Shown: piece by piece, positions 60,658-64,000 of the stretch | Position numbering within the stretch: the first letter of the stretch is position 1 | Layout of the letters: each line of letters begins with the position of its first letter | DNA from: Diplonema japonicum | Taxonomy: Eukaryota > Protista > Euglenozoa: Diplonemea | DNA length: 64,000 bases | Direction of reading: 5' to 3' | Assembly: GCA_964019335.1 (NCBI GenBank) | Contig: OZ025709.1 | Span: 1-64,000, forward strand | Made by a program: the position numbers and the translations under genes | The notes under the pieces: generated by a model | Database searches by the model: none | What the model was told of the DNA's origin: nothing | The model's input: only the letters and a program-made list of their open reading frames with translations

Positions 60658-60970
60658 TTATTCTAGATCGGAGACACGGGCGCTTGACGAATGCGATTCC
60701 GAGTTTAACAAATAGCTACCTGATCGGGGGGGGGAAGGAGATTTAAAAAAAAAAAAAGGAAACCACGCTAACAAACATACCTTCGGTGCTGTAGTCTTCC
60801 TCTTCCTGCAAATTCCTCGTTTCCACAGCTGGTTGGCGTTGTACCGCCTGCCGTTTGATATTCTTCACCTCTTGCTGAAGACAATCCGTGTCGATGGGCT
60901 TCGCCTCAACACCAAACTTCTTCAGAAGGTGGTTGTTAATACAAGCTCGACAATCGGACACAGCAGGTCT

Positions 60971-61010
<40 letters not shown>

Positions 61011-63574
61011 CCACACCTAACATGCGGGTCGGGGTTGAGCAATTTCAAAATCAACCCAGCCAGCTCCCGGCTGTACCCACAGCCTTGAAGCTCCGCAAGG
61101 AGCTCCTGCGAGAAATTTGGTTTAGTGGCATCGGAAAACATAACACGAGTGTTGTTCGAGTAAATCCGGAGCGTGCACACCGCGTAGAGGATACAACCAA
61201 GAGCCCACATGTCAACCTTAACAGAATACCGCCTCTGCCAGCATTCCGGCGCAACGTAAGGAAGCGACCCTGCTTGGGTTTGACAGTAGGTCTGCTCCGA
61301 CATCCCACGCGCCAACCCGAGGTCCGTGATGACAACTGTCGGTGTGGGGTAGCCATTCGACATATGCTGCGAATCGGAAATCAACAGATTCTCAGGCTTC
61401 AAATCACGGTGCATAACAGGTGGGACCTGGCTGTGCATGTACTCGAGAGCGGCAGTGACTTCGCTTGCAATGTACCAGATGGTCGGCTCGGATATGGGTT
61501 CTCTATGCGCCATTAGGTATGTTTTCAAATCGCCGGCTTCATAAAAATCCATAACGATGCACACATAGCGTCGCATGGTGGCTTGCTGGACGAGGTTTTC
61601 CGAGTCGTATAAGTCGGTTTGTTTGGAGACTTCTTCTGCGGCGCCTGGGCCTTCAGACCATGACATGAACATGTCGACGAGGTTGATGATGTTAGGGTGC
61701 CCTTGTAGGCCTCGCATGGTCTCGAATTCTAGTAGTGCGTCGCGGCGTTCCTCGTCGGAGTCGATGATGATGTACTTCATAGCGAAGATCTTCCCGTCAC
61801 ACTTGCGCTGCACGGAGAAGACGTAGCCGTAGCCGCCGGATCCGAGCTTTTTGAGGATTTTGTAGTTGTGCGTTGTGGTGTCGTCTCCTACCTCAGCGAC
61901 CGGGAGGGAATCTCTGTTCCCACGAGTTTTCTTGAACACGGTTGTGATGTACCACCCGCACGCGCAGATTAGTAAACAGCACACGATAACGAGTAGAACT
62001 AATATATCGTCTGATGTCATCCCGCTGTCAGATGTTTGCGGACTTTCTGTTGGTTGGCTCGGTTCCGGTTCGTCAGTTGAAGGTGCCGTTGTCGGCGGTG
62101 ACATCGTCGCTGGTATGTCTGTGTTGTTGGGTGGGAACGATATCGCGAACGGCTCGCCCCACAGCAACGGGGTCATCCACTCCAACCGGTTGTTCTCATC
62201 CTCGCCGACCTTGTGGAAGCACTGCCCGTGCTGCCCGTTGTTCTCCTCCCAACAGCAACCCACCCCAGCACAGGACGATCTTGTGAACGCCAGCCCCGCC
62301 TCTTGTATGAGGTTGAGACAGTCCCGTCTGAGCTTTGCAGGGCACCTTCCTGTCGAGAAACATAAGTACGCCTCTTCAACAGGTTCGGAGGGAATGAACT
62401 TAACCTGGTTTTTATACCCATCCCAGCCTTTGTCGAGGGTACCTCCTGCGTTGTCCAGACACGACGGTGAGCTGCTGATCCTGAAGGTGTACTTCGATGC
62501 AGGGCTGACCTGCGTGATGGTGACTGCCAAGGTGTCCCCGACCCAGTACCCACCGTTGTGTGTCCCATTACGTGTGACGACAGGATATATGGAGGCTTGC
62601 AGGAGGTCGGCGTAGTCGGTCGGGTTGGAGGAGTCTTGAAGTTCAAGCCCGCCGAATATGAACAAATTACCCTTCCCGTTCCCGGTCACGGCGGTGGAGC
62701 ACCCTGCGTACCTTGCACGCGAAGCTTGGAGGCCTTCGACTCTGATGGAGTCCCATTCCTCCTGGTAGAGGTCGAAGATGAAGACGACCATTTGCGGGCC
62801 GGGGTCCTCGTACCTGTTCCCGAATACCCACAAATAGGACCCAATGACGTAGGAGTCGGGGTACGGCATGTGCCCGAGCTGTGCAGGGATGTCGGGGGCG
62901 GAGGCGTCCCACTTCGAACTGGGGTCCGCAAGGGACGTCATATCGTTGATCCAAACATCATTACGCTTCCCCCCTATCACATACAACTTGTCGGAAACGG
63001 CAACGGCAGCCTGCTGTATGGTGTAAGGGAGGTTCGGGCCTTTGAACCAGGTTTTTTTTGCAGGGTCGTATATACGAACGGTGTCGAGCTCACGACCGTC
63101 GCCGGCAACACCTCCGATCACGTAAACTAGGTCTTGAAAGAAGGCAACGGACGCTTTCGTCACTGTGGTTGACGAGTTGTCCACGATGGTCCACCTGCCG
63201 TCTTGCGGGTTGTACTCTTGAACCGCGACGTCGTTCTTCATCATGCCGCCTTCGGAGAACACGTAGATTAACTTGTCCTGGTACACTATCATGGTGTTGT
63301 CGCCTGTGACGCCATTCGGCATGTCTGAGAGTACTTCCCAGTTCATGTCGTCCAGCCCGAGTTTGTAAAATCTTCTGTCGGCGTCGGGCTCACCGCCTCC
63401 AACGTATACCATCCCTTTGGAGGATACGGAGCTACACCTTGCTACCGGGTTTGGGAGGCTGGAAGTACGCAGCCACTGTGACCACCATTGAGAGGGTTCG
63501 CCGCCTGTCGCTCCCTGCACACTCAGGATGCATAGTACGAAGTATGCCGCAAGGAGCTCACTACGGGGTTTCAT
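60658..63574 (-). CDS. Receptor-like Ser/Thr kinase: signal peptide, Kelch repeats, trefoil-like domain, TM, NEK-like kinase; 3 exons
   Basis: Repeated YVxGG..W Kelch motifs; C..RRDC..C..GCCW..CF; TM ILVLLVIVCCLLICACGWYI; GSGGYG, HRDLKPEN, DLG, YVAPE; introns 60969-61016 and 60720-60780. Confidence 0.88.
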
Positions 63575-64000
63575 CTCATTTTCTTCTTTTTATATTTTTT
63601 TTTTTATTTCTCCTTTTTTTTTTTTTTTTTTTTTTTTTCCCCATGGTGCGGAGAACGGGAAAAAAAAAAAAAAAAAAAAGGCGGACAATATCGCATATAA
63701 AAAAAAAAAGAAATAAACGGGGGGAAGGAAAGAGGGTGGTGGTAGTAATTGGGTGGGTGGGGGGTTTTTTTTCTGGTTAGGAAGTTGAGAAAATAAAAGG
63801 GGGGGTGAAGAGAGATATAAAGCAAACACGAAAAAAACGACAAAAGGGGGGAAAAAAAAGAAAAGGACAAAAAAAAAGATGTTAAGGGCAAATCCCACTT
63901 GCTAGGGGAGGGGGGTACAGTGCCTATCCTATATGCTCCCTTTTCTGGAGGCTCTCATTGTGGCGAAGATCGGTCCCCTTGCAAAAGCCTATTCGCGACC

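Overview
Eukaryotic DNA, most likely from a diplonemid (Euglenozoa). The evidence is a 39-nt diplonemid-type spliced-leader (SL) exon at 6512-6550, the fact that every recognisable host gene lies on the minus strand, homopolymer-rich intergenic DNA, and many tiny GT-AG introns (mostly 31-39 nt). Host genes: GH18 chitinase, a coiled-coil protein, a type I membrane protein, prefoldin 1, an HMG-like protein, a DAG-lipase-like protein, a SAM+Mib-repeat protein, a D/D-domain protein, a CCCH zinc-finger protein, ADAT3, acetyl-CoA carboxylase, SLU7 and a Kelch-trefoil-TM-kinase. The most unusual region is the first ~9.4 kb. A CRE/SLACS-clade non-LTR retrotransposon begins directly after the SL exon and encodes a stand-alone AlkB-family 2OG-Fe(II) dioxygenase, ~140-bp tandem repeats and a TM/ZnF/OTU/ZnF/RT polyprotein whose RT half is missing from the ORF track because it runs off the window. 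That polyprotein is interrupted by a poly(A)-tailed, TSD-flanked retrocopy of the 3' end of an unknown upstream ORF, and the whole block appears to have truncated a host secreted-protein gene. A second, apparently intact APE-RT retrotransposon (38.7-45.5 kb) has a degenerate OTU-like domain in ORF1, an ATGA stop/start overlap and a 2A-like peptide. Nested piggyBac/MITE remnants and short dispersed repeats are also present. All calls come from manual reading and motif recognition; no database searches were run.
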